64,000 nt of DNA from an uncultured Actinomycetota bacterium. Lineage in GTDB: Bacteria; Actinomycetota; Actinomycetes; Propionibacteriales; Nocardioidaceae. The position numbers and the translations under genes were made by a program. Location of the stretch: NCBI GenBank assembly GCA_963721855.1, contig CAVRMN010000043.1, positions 2,466 through 66,465 of the forward strand, in the 5' to 3' direction. Shown piece after piece: positions 19,250 through 29,773 of this stretch (the stretch's first letter is position 1; every line of letters starts with the position of its first letter). The notes under the pieces are model-generated. The model saw nothing but the letters and a program-made list of their open reading frames with translations. It was not told where the DNA came from and did no database searches.

Positions 19250-20955
19250 TCAGGCCGCGTGGTGGCTGAGACCGTCGAGGTCGAGGGTGACGTCGCTGCG
19301 GTAGAGCTCGATCACCACCGGCCGGCGGGGCTTCGTCCGCGGCTCCCGGCCCGCGGGCGGGGTGACCTTGCGGGTGCCGGTGTGGTCGACCAGGTAGAAG
19401 TGCCCGTGCGGGTCACGCCACACGTAGATCCCGTCGAACGGCTGGGCGACCTGCCACCGGCCGTGGGTCTTGATCCGGTGGTGGAAGCGCCCCAGCGGCC
19501 CGTAGTTCCCCATCCGCGACTGCCCACCTGGTGCTTCCTGCTCCCCGGGTGCGTGGGACGCGTGCTGGTAGGCCTGGGTGTGGTCGATGTCCACGGGGTC
19601 CAGGTTCGCAGCGAACGGGAAGCAGTCGGCCGGCGTCCGCAGACGCACGGCCCTCCTATGTCGGGCGGGCAGCTCGTAGCCGTCCACCGGTTCCTGGCCG
19701 GCCAGGTCGACCACCGGGGTGATCGTGAACGCGTGGTAGGGCGCGAGCTGCTCGCGGACGTACTGCAGCGTGACCGGCCCCTCGCCCTCCCACCGGACGA
19801 CCCCGTCGGGGGTTCCGTCGCGGGCCGCGTTCACCGTCTCCTCGGCCAGGTGCAGGAAGACGTTCACCCGCGGCAGCAACCCCGGCCAGTCCAGCACCAC
19901 CGCACCCAACGAGGTGGTCGGGTCACTGGCCCGGGCCAGCCAACCCGGCAGCTCCGCCGGCCGGAACACCCGCGGCACCACCGGCCCCACCGACGCACCC
20001 GCCCCGTCGTCAGCCGCCTCGCCTCGGGCGCCTCGTCGTCCGGGACCGCCCCGGCGTCAGCCGCCTCGTGGTCCGGGACCGCCCCGGCGTCAGCCTCATC
20101 TGCCTCGTCCTCGAGTGGAAGCTGGTCCTCGGGCAACGGGTCGTCGACGACGCCGGTGCCCGAACGGTGCGCCGCGAACGCCGCCAGCAGCTCCACGGCC
20201 TGCATCGGGTTCGCCAACACCAGACACGCCTTGACCCGACGCTGGTCCTCATCATCGGTGTCACCCAACGCCTTCAACGCCTCGGCCAGGAACGCCACCG
20301 TGGCCTCGAACCGGATCACCAACGCCGCCGGCCCACGCAGGTAGAACCCCTTCATGCCGTGCGCCGAGGACCGCGTCGACCTCGCGAACGCCTCCCGCCG
20401 GGCGTCCTCCTCGCGCCGCGCCGCCGCCTCCGGATCCGCCGCCACGACCCGCCCCTCCAGGGCGGCGCAGAACCGCGACCACGGCACCCGCCCGTCCACC
20501 AGCTCGGCCATCTCCGCATCCACCCGCCCGGCAGCCTCCAGCGACAGCTCCCGGGTCCGCCGCGCCACATGACGCACCCACGGCACCCGCGCCTCCCGCG
20601 CCACCACCCGCGAGTACATCCGCGGCAGCCGGTGCCGGGCGTCCAACGCGTCCGCGATCATCGCCCTGCCGCCCACCGCACCCATCCGCAACCGCGCCCC
20701 GAACGCAGCCGCCGCGAACTCCGCCACCCGCGGGGTGCCCGCACCCCCGAGCCGCACCGACCGCTCCATACCCGGCAACACCCGGCCGTGACCCACGGCC
20801 GGCAAACCCTCACCACTGCACAGATCCGCATAGTGCGCCGCCGCCAAGAAGATCTCGCAGTTCCCCTCCAACGACTCCAACCACAACAACTCCACCGCGT
20901 CGAGCGTCTGCTCCACACTGCGCTCCTCGAGCGGCGAGTCCGTCGGGCATCCCAT
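19250..20955 (-). CDS. DUF222 / HNH-endonuclease (13E12-repeat-like) protein, frameshifted near 20020
   Basis: N-part AAHYADL, GGAGTPRVAEFA, ADALDARHRLP. C-part DIDHT...NYGPLGRFHHRIKTHGRW..IYVWRDPHG. The two parts join across an acidic repeat linker. Confidence 0.8.
20005..20105. repeat. 33-bp tandem coding repeat (EAADAGAVPDH/D) in the DUF222 linker
   Basis: GTCCGGGACCGCCCCGGCGTCAGCC occurs twice, 33 bp apart, plus a degenerate third unit. Confidence 0.8.
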
Positions 20956-20961
20956 GACCCG

Positions 20962-20983
20962 ACTCAACCAGACCCCACCGACA
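20962..20983 (-). promoter_or_regulatory. Putative PafBC/RecA-NDp DNA-damage promoter of the DUF222-HNH gene
   Basis: TGTCGG-N10-TTGAGT-N6-ATG; one mismatch to TGTCGG-N10-TA-N3-T. Confidence 0.65.
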
Positions 20984-21077
20984 GTTCTCGAAGCTGGTAG
21001 CGCTGCGTCCGCTGCGTCGACGTGCATGACCTCAATCGAGGCGATGGCGCTGCAGTCCGCGGCGTTGGCGGCCCGCG

Positions 21078-21974
21078 TCATCGGCCCAGGGATCGGGCGA
21101 CAGCGAGGGCTTTCAGCACGGCCTCGGGTTGCTCGAAGGCGGGGTCGTCGGCGGCGTCTTCGATGACGTGCAACGGCCATCCGTAACGGACGCTGGCTCG
21201 CTGGGCCACGGCCAGCCGGTTCTGGCGGTCATGGCGCCCCCAGATGAGGGTCGTGGGGACCGAAATCCTCGCGAGCTCTTCCTCGGGGATCGCGCGCCAC
21301 CCGAGCTGCGGCATCATGCTTCGAAGCGCCGCCTTCTGGTCAGGTGAGTTGGCGCCGTCGAGGGCGCATGTCATGAGTGGCTCCCAGAGCGGCCCAAGGT
21401 GGTCCTTCAGTCCGTTCATGTCGACGAAGCACTGCCGGAAGAACCGATCACGGCTGCCCGCCGTTGGCCTTGCGAGGAAGTTGACCAGCGTGAGCGTGAA
21501 GAGCGGCGATGGCCGGAGATTGCACAGACCGAACGTGTCTATCAGGACAAGCCCACAGAGCTTCTCGCTGTGAGCGATGGCGAATCGCGCCCCGACCGCA
21601 CCGCCGAGCAGGTGACCAACCAGGTAGGCAGGCGACGGGCAGGTCCGTTCGATGAGTTCTCCCAGCCACACGAGCACACGGTCCGCGTCGAGTGGCGCCT
21701 CGCCCAGCCGGGAGTCTCCGTGGCCCGGAAGGTCGGGGACGATCACCCGGTTGGTCTTCACGAGCTCCGGAATCACGCGAAGCCAGGTGAAGGCGAACTC
21801 TCCTGGACCGTGCAGCAGGACGATCGGCGGGCCGTCCCCCCCGACGAGCACAGTGGTGGAGATCCCAGCCAGCACCAGCTGTCGTTCCGTGACCGGGGTC
21901 GCGTCCAGCAACTGCGCACGGGCGCGGTGGCCGCGACGTTCGGGGTATCTGTTCTCTACGCCGGGATCACTCAT
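21078..21974 (-). CDS. Alpha/beta hydrolase fold protein with atypical nucleophile elbow
   Basis: VLLHGPG, VPDLPGHG, LVGHLLGG and LIWGRHD motifs. Start could be 22055. Codon usage looks less GC-biased than neighbours. Confidence 0.8.
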   Translation of the reverse strand: MSDPGVENRYPERRGHRARAQLLDATPVTERQLVLAGISTTVLVGGDGPPIVLLHGPGEFAFTWLRVIPELVKTNRVIVPDLPGHGDSRLGEAPLDADRVLVWLGELIERTCPSPAYLVGHLLGGAVGARFAIAHSEKLCGLVLIDTFGLCNLRPSPLFTLTLVNFLARPTAGSRDRFFRQCFVDMNGLKDHLGPLWEPLMTCALDGANSPDQKAALRSMMPQLGWRAIPEEELARISVPTTLIWGRHDRQNRLAVAQRASVRYGWPLHVIEDAADDPAFEQPEAVLKALAVARSLGR

Positions 21975-22330
21975 GGCGATGACCTCCCCACGGAAACCTT
22001 CAGGCACCGACGCTAGGCCGCGGGTTGACTTCAGCGCATCCGAAAGAACGTCCATCTGGTGACGACCGGCGTGGGTAGGTCTGTGTAGAGCCGCCGCTCT
22101 TTGACTCGCTTCGCGGCACCCACTGCCGCGGGGGCTCGTCTAGGCGACTCGCTTCAGCGCTCCGGTTCGTGGGTTCCGTCCCGGCGGCGGGGAGGTGTGT
22201 ACTGGATATCCAAATAGGAAGATGGCGCGGCGACTTCCCGCGGCGAAGCAAGAGAGGGAGGGCTCCGCCCCACCGGCACCGGTGGCGCCTTCCCGTCCGC
22301 CACCGGTCCTCTGCAGAATCGAGGACGGCG

Positions 22331-22765
22331 ATGATCAAGAAGTACGCGGCCGCAGCCCTGCTCCTGGCCGTGATTCCCGCGGGCGCGGGAGCGGCGACGA
22401 CCCAGCAGACCGCCACGGCGGCCACAACAACCTTGCACCTGAAGCTCCACGTGACGGCGGGCCGCAGCCTCGACCAGCTCCACTTCGTCGGGACCGAGCG
22501 GGTCCGGTCACGCGTCACCCACGAGGTCGTCGGGTTCGACACCTTCCGCGGGCATGTCAAGCCCCACACGGTCGTCTACGAGACCGCGTTCGCTTTCAAG
22601 CGCGGCATTCTCCTGACCCGCGTTCACACTGTTGGTGCGGCACCGGCGAGGTTCGCGGGCCACGTCACCGGTGGCACAGGAGCGTTCGACGGGGCGACGG
22701 GCACCGTGAGCGGGCGCGCCGTGAGCCGGGACGACACGGTCTTCACCATCGAGTACACGCGGTGA
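22331..22765 (+). CDS. Secreted hypothetical protein, dirigent/allene-oxide-cyclase-like beta barrel
   Basis: Signal peptide MIKKYAAAALLLAVIPAGAGA; VTGGTGAFDGATGTV motif; GAGG RBS. Confidence 0.6.
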   Translation: MIKKYAAAALLLAVIPAGAGAATTQQTATAATTTLHLKLHVTAGRSLDQLHFVGTERVRSRVTHEVVGFDTFRGHVKPHTVVYETAFAFKRGILLTRVHTVGAAPARFAGHVTGGTGAFDGATGTVSGRAVSRDDTVFTIEYTR

Positions 22766-22777
22766 GGTCGGCGGGCT

Positions 22778-23440
22778 TTAGCCGGTCGCCTTGGTGGCCG
22801 CGGCACGGAGGTCCTCGACCATCTGGTTCGGGTCGTCGGCCTTGAAGACCGCCGAGCCCGCGACGAACATGTCGGCGCCGGCCTCGGCACACCGCTCGAT
22901 CGTCTCCAGCGAGACGCCGCCGTCGACCTGCAGCCACAGGTCGAGCCCGTGCTTGTCGATCAGCTCACGGGTGCGCCGGATCTTCGGCAGCGTCATGTCC
23001 AGGAAGGCCTGGCCGCCGAAGCCGGGCTCGACGGTCATCACCAGCAGCATGTCGAGCTCGGGGAGCAGGTCCTCGTAGGGCTCGATCGGCGTCGCCGGCC
23101 TGAGGCCCATGCCGGCGCGGGCGCCCATCGCACGCAGCTCGCGCGCCAGCCGCACCGGGGCGGCGGCGGCCTCGACGTGGAAGGTGACCGACCCGGCGCC
23201 GGCCTCGACGTAGGCCGGGGCCCACCGGTCGGGGTCCTCGATCATCAGGTGGCAGTCCATCGGCGTGGAGGCAGCCTTGCCGAGCGCCTCGACGACGGGG
23301 AGCCCGAGCGTCAGGTTCGGCACGAAGTGGTTGTCCATCACGTCGACGTGGAGCCAGTCGGCGTTGGAGATCCGGTCGGCCTCGGAGGCCAGGTTGGCGA
23401 AGTCGCAGGCGAGCAGGCTCGGAGAGATCTGGATTCCCAT
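22778..23440 (-). CDS. rpe: Ribulose-phosphate 3-epimerase
   Basis: [29 protein letters not shown] and VDGG motifs. Confidence 0.97.
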   Translation of the reverse strand: MGIQISPSLLACDFANLASEADRISNADWLHVDVMDNHFVPNLTLGLPVVEALGKAASTPMDCHLMIEDPDRWAPAYVEAGAGSVTFHVEAAAAPVRLARELRAMGARAGMGLRPATPIEPYEDLLPELDMLLVMTVEPGFGGQAFLDMTLPKIRRTRELIDKHGLDLWLQVDGGVSLETIERCAEAGADMFVAGSAVFKADDPNQMVEDLRAAATKATG

Positions 23441-23501
23441 GGTGCCGCCGATCCTAGTGGCCGCGGGCGGGCCGGGCTGCGTCAGGGACGGGTCACGGCC
23501 A

Positions 23502-24260
23502 TCACCGAGCGACCACCTCCCGCGCCGTACGACGCGCACGCCACTCTGCGGTCACCGCGAACACGACGGCCCAGGCGACGGCGGCCGTGCCGAGACCGTT
23601 GCCCATGCTGCCTACGAGGTCGGGGTAGACGATCGACCAGCCGCCGACCCAGCCCACGGCCAGCGCGAGCGTCCACACCGGCACCCGCCACCCGGGCACG
23701 CGTCCGCCGACGGCGGCAGCCGCGACGGCCCCGACCGTGGCCATCGCCAGGCCCAGTGCCGCCTGCATCGGCAGGTGGTCGAGCCCATTGGTGATGTCCG
23801 GCTTCACCATCGGGTGGTCGGCGAGGACGCTCGCGGCGAACGCACCCCCGAGCGCGGCGCCCACCACGACCAGGATGCGGAGCGCGTGGTCGAGCGGAGG
23901 AAACGCGCGTCGGACCTCGCTCATCACTCCGAGGAGCAGGGCGTTGGCCGCCACGGGAACGGCAGCGACCAGCAGCGGCAGCGAGCCGCTCCACAGCGCG
24001 GCTCCCGTGATCGCCACCGCCACGGCCAGCAGCTCGGCCACGACGACGCCGGGCGCCACCGACCGCCGCGCTGCCAGAGCCACCTGGGGTCCCGCCACCA
24101 GGAACGTGAACAGCGCACCCCAGCCGGCCTCGAGCAGGTAGTCCCTGCGCCAGCCGGGATCGTTCTCCACCACCACGAGCAGGTCGATGAGACCGAAGAA
24201 CGGGACGAGCCAGAACAAGGCGATGACCCCAGCGACGACGCGGGTACCCACGAGGTTCAT
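23502..24260 (-). CDS. Multi-pass membrane hypothetical protein
   Basis: MNLVGTRVV start; about 8 hydrophobic segments; CAGAAT -10 six bases before ATG. Confidence 0.65.
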   Translation of the reverse strand: MNLVGTRVVAGVIALFWLVPFFGLIDLLVVVENDPGWRRDYLLEAGWGALFTFLVAGPQVALAARRSVAPGVVVAELLAVAVAITGAALWSGSLPLLVAAVPVAANALLLGVMSEVRRAFPPLDHALRILVVVGAALGGAFAASVLADHPMVKPDITNGLDHLPMQAALGLAMATVGAVAAAAVGGRVPGWRVPVWTLALAVGWVGGWSIVYPDLVGSMGNGLGTAAVAWAVVFAVTAEWRARRTAREVVAR

Positions 24261-24280
24261 CCCGCGATTCTGGCGGCTCG

Positions 24281-25648
24281 TCAGCTCCTGCGCAGCAGAG
24301 CGAAGAACATCGCGTCGGTGCCCTGCCGGTGCGGCCACAGCTGCACCGTGCCCGGCAGCGTCATCTGCTCCGGGTGCAGGTCGGGCAGGTCGTGGAACAG
24401 CGGCGCCGCGTCCTCGAGCAGTACGTCGTCCCGCGCGGCCAGCACGTCGGAGACCACCCCGGACGTCTCGGCGAGCACCGGGGAGCACGTCACGTAGGCC
24501 ACCACGCCGCCGGTGCGGACCGAGTCGAGCGCGGAGTGCAGCAGGTCGCGCTGCAGCGGCACGAGGTCGGTCACGTCCTTCGGGGTGCGACGCCAGCGCG
24601 CCTCGGGACGTCGCCGGAGCGCACCGAGGCCGGTGCAGGGCGCGTCGACGAGCGCCCGGTCGAAGGATCCCGGCGCCCAGGCAGGACGCCGGCCGTCCGC
24701 CGTCACCACGCCGAGCAGCCCGCGACCGACCGCGGCGGTGCCGGAGCGGACCAGCACGGCACGGTGCTGCTGCCGCTCGGCGGCGAGCAGCCGGGCCCCT
24801 CGTGACCCGGCGACCGCACCGAGCAGCGCCGCCTTGCCACCCGGACCGGCGCACAGGTCGAGCCAGCGCTCGTCGCGCCCCTCCACGGAGGCGGCGGCCA
24901 GCGCGAGCGCGACGAGCTGCGACCCCTCGTCCTGCACCCCGGCGCGTCCTTCGGCCACGGCCGCCACCCCGCCCGGATCACCGCCGGGAAGCGTCACGGC
25001 GTAGGGCGACATCGAGGACGCCTCTCCCCCGGCCGCCACCAGCTCGTCCACGGTGGCGAGGCCGGGGCGGGCCACCAGGGTGACCTTGGGCGGCGCGTTG
25101 TCGGCGGCGAGCAGCGCCTCGAGCTCGCCGGAGGCCGGCCCGAGCGCGGCGGCCAGCTCCTCGACGACCCAGCGCGGGTGCGAGTGGGCGACGGTCGCGT
25201 AGCCGACGGGGTCCGACCCCGGGTCCGGCGCGACGCGGCGTACCCACCCCTCGAGGTCGTGGGCCGCGACCTTGCGCAGCACCGCGTTGGCGAAGCCGGC
25301 CGGTCGGTGGCCCACTTTCGCCCGGACCAGGTCCACGGTGGTGCCGACCGCGGCGTGCGAGGGGACGCGCATGCCCAGAAGCTGGTGCACCCCGAGGCGC
25401 AGCGCGTCGAGCACGGCGGGGTCGACCTTCGCGAGCGGCCGGTTCACCAGGCCGGCCAGCACCGCGTCGTAGGTCCCCTGCCGGCGGATCGTCCCCGACA
25501 CGAGCTCGGTGGTGAACGCGGCGTCGCGCTCGCGGATGCCCCGGGCGCGCAGCACCTGGGCGAGCAGCAGGTTGGTGTAGGCGTCCTGCTCGCGGACCGC
25601 GGCCAGGACGTCGTACGCCGCCTCGCGGGCCGCGTCGACGCGGCTCAT
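24281..25648 (-). CDS. rsmB: 16S rRNA m5C methyltransferase RsmB/Sun (NusB domain + NOL1/NOP2)
   Basis: [26 protein letters not shown] and YVTCSP motifs. Confidence 0.93.
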   Translation of the reverse strand: MSRVDAAREAAYDVLAAVREQDAYTNLLLAQVLRARGIRERDAAFTTELVSGTIRRQGTYDAVLAGLVNRPLAKVDPAVLDALRLGVHQLLGMRVPSHAAVGTTVDLVRAKVGHRPAGFANAVLRKVAAHDLEGWVRRVAPDPGSDPVGYATVAHSHPRWVVEELAAALGPASGELEALLAADNAPPKVTLVARPGLATVDELVAAGGEASSMSPYAVTLPGGDPGGVAAVAEGRAGVQDEGSQLVALALAAASVEGRDERWLDLCAGPGGKAALLGAVAGSRGARLLAAERQQHRAVLVRSGTAAVGRGLLGVVTADGRRPAWAPGSFDRALVDAPCTGLGALRRRPEARWRRTPKDVTDLVPLQRDLLHSALDSVRTGGVVAYVTCSPVLAETSGVVSDVLAARDDVLLEDAAPLFHDLPDLHPEQMTLPGTVQLWPHRQGTDAMFFALLRRS

Positions 25649-26589
25649 CCGGCGTCTGGGGCAGCGGTGAAGCGGGCGCCGGACGCGACGCGCACGCCGC
25701 GGGCCCAGTCGGCCGCGGGCATCTGCTTCTTGCCGAAAGGCTTCACGTCGCCGAGCCGGACCGTGAGGGTGCCGGTGCCGGCGAGGACGGCGTCCTTGCG
25801 CACCTCGAGCACGCCCGGCTCGAGCTGGGCGGCGTTGCCCTCGATCGTCACGGGACCGAGCTTGAACCGCTCCCCCTCGAACGTCGTCCAGGCACCGGGT
25901 CCCGGCGTGCAGGCCCGGATCCGGCGGTCGACGCGCTTGGCGGACTCGGTCCAGTCGACCTCGGCGTCCTCGACCAAGATCTTCGGCGCATAGCTGACCC
26001 CGTCGGCGGGCTGCTCGCGGGCCTCCAGCTCCCCGGACTCGATCCCGTCGAGCGTGGCGACGAGCAGCTGGGCGCCGCCCTGCGCCAGCCGTCCGAGCAG
26101 GTCGCCGGCGGTGTCGGTGGGCCGGACGGTCTCGGTCATCAGGCCGTAGGTCGGACCGGCGTCGAGCTCCTTGACGATCCGGAACGTCGTCGCCCCCGTC
26201 ACCTCGTCGCCGGCCCAGATCGCGTGCTGCACCGGTGCCGCGCCTCGCCACGCGGGCAGCAGCGAGAAGTGCAGGTTGACCCAGCCGTGCTCGGGGATGT
26301 CGAGGGCGCTCTGCGGCAGCAGCGCCCCGTAGGCGACCACCGGGCAGCAGTCGGGCGCCAGCGCCTTCAGCTCCTCCTGGAAGTCGGGGTCCTTGGGGTG
26401 AACGGGCTTGAGCACGGGTACGCCGAGCTCCTCGGCCCGCTGCGCCACCGGGGACGCGACCAGCTTGCGGCCGCGGCCGGCCGGCGCGTCCGGACGCGTG
26501 ACCACGCCCACCAGCTCGTGCGGGCTGGCGGCGATGGCGTCGAGGGCGGGGACGGCGACCTCAGGGGTCCCGGCGAAGACGACGCGCAT
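25645..26589 (-). CDS. fmt: Methionyl-tRNA formyltransferase
   Basis: FAGTP and [15 protein letters not shown] motifs. Confidence 0.97.
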   Translation of the reverse strand: MRVVFAGTPEVAVPALDAIAASPHELVGVVTRPDAPAGRGRKLVASPVAQRAEELGVPVLKPVHPKDPDFQEELKALAPDCCPVVAYGALLPQSALDIPEHGWVNLHFSLLPAWRGAAPVQHAIWAGDEVTGATTFRIVKELDAGPTYGLMTETVRPTDTAGDLLGRLAQGGAQLLVATLDGIESGELEAREQPADGVSYAPKILVEDAEVDWTESAKRVDRRIRACTPGPGAWTTFEGERFKLGPVTIEGNAAQLEPGVLEVRKDAVLAGTGTLTVRLGDVKPFGKKQMPAADWARGVRVASGARFTAAPDAG

Positions 26590-26590
26590 C

Positions 26591-27148
26591 TCAGAGCCCC
26601 AGCCCGTTGGTCGGGTGCGGGGAGATCCTCACCGTGGGCATCCCGTTGCCGGTGCTCGCGCCGAACCACTCGGACTCGCGGATCGCCTTCATGGCGGCCT
26701 TGCGGGCCTCTCGGTCCAGCCGGTCGATGAACAGCACGCCGTCGAGGTGGTCGGTCTCGTGCTGGATGGCCCGGGCCAGCAGCTCGGAGCCCTCGATGGT
26801 GACCGGGTCGCCGTACATGTTGAAGCCCTTCGCCACCACCGACAGCGCGCGCTTGCAGTCGAAGGTCAGGTCCGGCAGCGACAGGCAGCCCTCGGGGCCG
26901 TCCTGGATCTCCTCGGAGAGGTCGAGCGAGGGGTTGACCAGGTGGCCGAGCTCGCCGTCGACGTACCAGGTGAACACCCGCAGCCCTACGCCGATCTGCG
27001 GCGCGGCGAGGCCGGCGCCGGGGGCGTTCATCATCGTGTCGGTGAGGTCCGAGACGAGGCGCTGCAGCTCCTTGTCGAAGTCCGTCACGGCGACGGCGGG
27101 GCTGCGCAGCACCGGGTCTCCGAACAGGCGGATCGGCTGGACGGGCAC
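26591..27148 (-). CDS. def: Peptide deformylase
   Basis: [13 protein letters not shown] and QHETDHLDG motifs. Confidence 0.97.
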   Translation of the reverse strand: MPVQPIRLFGDPVLRSPAVAVTDFDKELQRLVSDLTDTMMNAPGAGLAAPQIGVGLRVFTWYVDGELGHLVNPSLDLSEEIQDGPEGCLSLPDLTFDCKRALSVVAKGFNMYGDPVTIEGSELLARAIQHETDHLDGVLFIDRLDREARKAAMKAIRESEWFGASTGNGMPTVRISPHPTNGLGL

Positions 27149-27201
27149 GGGGCTCCTCAGGGGCGTAGGCAGGGAAGCCCCAGTCTACGGACGTGGGTGG
27201 G

Positions 27202-29304
27202 TCACTCCAGGCCCACGGGGTCGACCTGGACCCGGACCGGGCCGAGCTTCTTCGCGTCGCGGACGCCCTGCATCTGCACCAGCGTCCGGGAGAGGGCGGC
27301 TCCGGCGGCGCGTGGCACCCGCAGGACCGCGCGGACCTCGAGGGGCGCGGACGGTACGCCGGCCGGCGCCGCTCCGGGAGGCGGCGGCACCGGGGCGGGC
27401 CCGAGAACCTCGGCGCCGGGAGGAAGCTCGAGCATCGCCACGGCCTGCTCGACGTCGTCCTCGGGGCCGGTGACGGTGGCGAGCCGGGAGGCGGGCGGCA
27501 GGTGCGCCGACTGCCGCTCGGTCATCTCCCGGTGGGCGAACCCGGCCGGGTCCCAGCGCACCAGCGCCTGGAGCGCGGGGTCGCTCGGCTCCCCCACCGC
27601 CACGACCCGCCCGCCGGCATCGGCGGGACGTGCCAGGGCGGCGGCGTTGAGCCAGCGCCGCAGCGACTCCTCCGCGGTCCGCAGGTCGGGCCGGGCCAAC
27701 ATCAGCCAGGTGTCGAGCAGCACCACGCAGGCGTAGCCGCCGTCGGCGAGCGGCTCGGCTCCCGGCGTGGCGACCACGACGGCGGGCTGCGCGTCGACCT
27801 CGGGCACCACCCGGTCGCCGCCGGAGGTGCGGACCGGGACCTTCGGGAACGCTCGGCCGATCTCCTCGGCGGTGCGCCGCTCCCCCAGCACCGGCGCCCG
27901 GAGGCCGCGGTTGCCGCACTCGGCACACGCCCACTGTGGCTCGGGGGTGCCGCACCAGCGACAGCTCGGTGGTTCCTGCGGGGCGGTGAGCTGGAGCGGG
28001 CCGCGGCACGTGCGGCAGCGTGCCGGCGTACGGCAGCGGTCGCAGGAGAGGCTGGTGACGTAGCCGTGCCGCGGGGTCTGGATCAGCACCGGGCCGTGGG
28101 CGAGGCCGGCCCGGATCGCCTCGAAGGCGGACCGGGGCAGCCGCTCGGAGCGGGCCAGCGGGTCGCGCTCGAGCTCCTTGTCGGTGGCGCCGGTGATCGA
28201 GACCAGCGGCGACGCGGCACGCAGGGTGGTGCGGTCCGCCACGATCTGGGCGGCCCAGCCGGTGCGGACGAGGTACTCGCCCTCGACGGTGCGGGCGAAG
28301 CCGCCGACCAGCAGCGCGCAGGACTCCTCCTGGGCCCGGAGCAGGAGCACCTCCCGGGTGTGCGGGTAGGGCGCGCGGGGCTCGGCGTAGAGGTCGTCGC
28401 CGTCGTCCCAGAGCGTGACGAGCCCGAGGTCGTGGACCGGCGCGAACGCCGCGGCACGGGTGCCGACCACCACCTTCACGGCCCCGCGGGCCACCGCGAG
28501 GAACGCCCGGTAGCGCTGCGCGGGTCCGAGGTCGGCGGTGAGCACCACGTGGCGCCCCTCGCCCAGCACCGCGGTCAGGGCCGCGTCGAGCCGGGCCACG
28601 TCGCGGTGGTCGGGCACGCAGAGGAGCGCCCCGCGCCCGGAGGCCAGGGTCGCGGCGGCGGCACCGGCCAGCAGCGCCGGCCAGTCGGCGCCCGGGAGGG
28701 CGCTCCACACCCGGCGCGGCGCCTCCCCCGCGGCGAGCTCGGCGAGGAAGGCGCCACCGTCGTACGGCGCCCACGGCCGCGCCGCCGCGGCGACGTCCAC
28801 CGCGACCTCGGGAGCGGCCGGGGTCGGCTGCTGCTTCTCGACCGTGGCGTGCCGGTGCGGGACGGCCAGCCGCAGCACGTCGCTGCGGGTGCCGGCGTAC
28901 CTCGCGGCGACCAGCTCGGACAGCCGCGCGACCTGCGGCAGCAGCACCGGCTCGGGACTCACCGCACGGCGCAGCGGCGCGAGCCGGCCCTCGTGCTCGC
29001 TGGTGTCGACCCGCTCGAGGACGAAGCCGTCGACGTCCTGGCCCGCGAAGCGCACCTTCACCCGCGAGCCCGGCACCACCTGGGCGTCGAGCTTCTGCGG
29101 CACGAGGTAGTCGAAGGGGCGGTCCAGGTGCGCCAGCGGCACGTCCACCAGGACGCGCGCGACCGGCTTCTCCGCCGCGGGGTCGACCGGCTTGGGCGCC
29201 TTGGCCTTCGCCTCGGCGCTCTGCTGGGCCTTCCTCGCCTGCGCACGCACGAGCCCAGGCAGCTCCAGCTGCCCCTCGGCGTCGTCAGGCCTGCGGTCGG
29301 TCAC
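27202..29304 (-). CDS. priA: Primosomal protein N' (actinobacterial PriA)
   Basis: HLDRPFDY, RVRFAG-type N-terminus, VVGTRAAAFAP and four CxxC pairs; GTG start at 29304. Confidence 0.92.
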   Translation of the reverse strand: MTDRRPDDAEGQLELPGLVRAQARKAQQSAEAKAKAPKPVDPAAEKPVARVLVDVPLAHLDRPFDYLVPQKLDAQVVPGSRVKVRFAGQDVDGFVLERVDTSEHEGRLAPLRRAVSPEPVLLPQVARLSELVAARYAGTRSDVLRLAVPHRHATVEKQQPTPAAPEVAVDVAAAARPWAPYDGGAFLAELAAGEAPRRVWSALPGADWPALLAGAAAATLASGRGALLCVPDHRDVARLDAALTAVLGEGRHVVLTADLGPAQRYRAFLAVARGAVKVVVGTRAAAFAPVHDLGLVTLWDDGDDLYAEPRAPYPHTREVLLLRAQEESCALLVGGFARTVEGEYLVRTGWAAQIVADRTTLRAASPLVSITGATDKELERDPLARSERLPRSAFEAIRAGLAHGPVLIQTPRHGYVTSLSCDRCRTPARCRTCRGPLQLTAPQEPPSCRWCGTPEPQWACAECGNRGLRAPVLGERRTAEEIGRAFPKVPVRTSGGDRVVPEVDAQPAVVVATPGAEPLADGGYACVVLLDTWLMLARPDLRTAEESLRRWLNAAALARPADAGGRVVAVGEPSDPALQALVRWDPAGFAHREMTERQSAHLPPASRLATVTGPEDDVEQAVAMLELPPGAEVLGPAPVPPPPGAAPAGVPSAPLEVRAVLRVPRAAGAALSRTLVQMQGVRDAKKLGPVRVQVDPVGLE

Positions 29305-29311
29305 GGCAGGA

Positions 29312-29333
29312 AGTCTCCCAGCCCCCACCGACG
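29312..29333 (-). promoter_or_regulatory. Degenerate PafBC/RecA-NDp-like promoter upstream of priA
   Basis: CGTCGG-N10-GAGACT-N7-GTG; same geometry as the motifs at 20962 and 51344. Confidence 0.45.
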
Positions 29334-29673
29334 GTGCAGCACGAGGGCGCGGAAGGGAGGGTGCCGGAGTGCCCGGGCGTTGGCACGCATGCCCGGACGC
29401 AAACCGCTGCGCGCCACAAACCCGCCTGGGCGCGATTTTGACGCGCCAACAGCACCTTGCCGCGCGACCAACGCACCTGTGCGCGATTCTTGCGCTGCGG
29501 TGGTGGGAGGGGCGCCGGAGCGCCCGGGCGTCAAGGAGCGTCAGAGGGCTTGGCCGCGGCGGCGCCGTACCCACTCTTCTCAGCGGAAACCCCGGCGCCG
29601 ACGCGCCGCCCAAGCGACGGACCCCCGGGCGCGCAGGCGCCCGGACGGCACCGGGGCCCTTGCCCCAAGAGCG

Positions 29674-29730
29674 CAATTGACCTGTTGTGACGTCGAATCA
29701 GCCGGATTCGACGTCACACAGGGTCAATTG
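29674..29730. repeat. 57-bp inverted repeat (26-bp arms, 5-nt loop) downstream of metK
   Basis: CAATTGACCTGTTGTGACGTCGAATC-AGCCG-GATTCGACGTCACACAGGGTCAATTG. Confidence 0.9.
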
Positions 29731-29773
29731 AACGGTTCTGACGTCCTGGGGCCGGGCGCGCCGAAGCAGCGGC

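Noticed and set aside
21001-21018. 9-bp tandem duplication CGCTGCGTC, possible target-site footprint
   Set aside because: Short and GC-rich, with no transposase or terminal repeats nearby.
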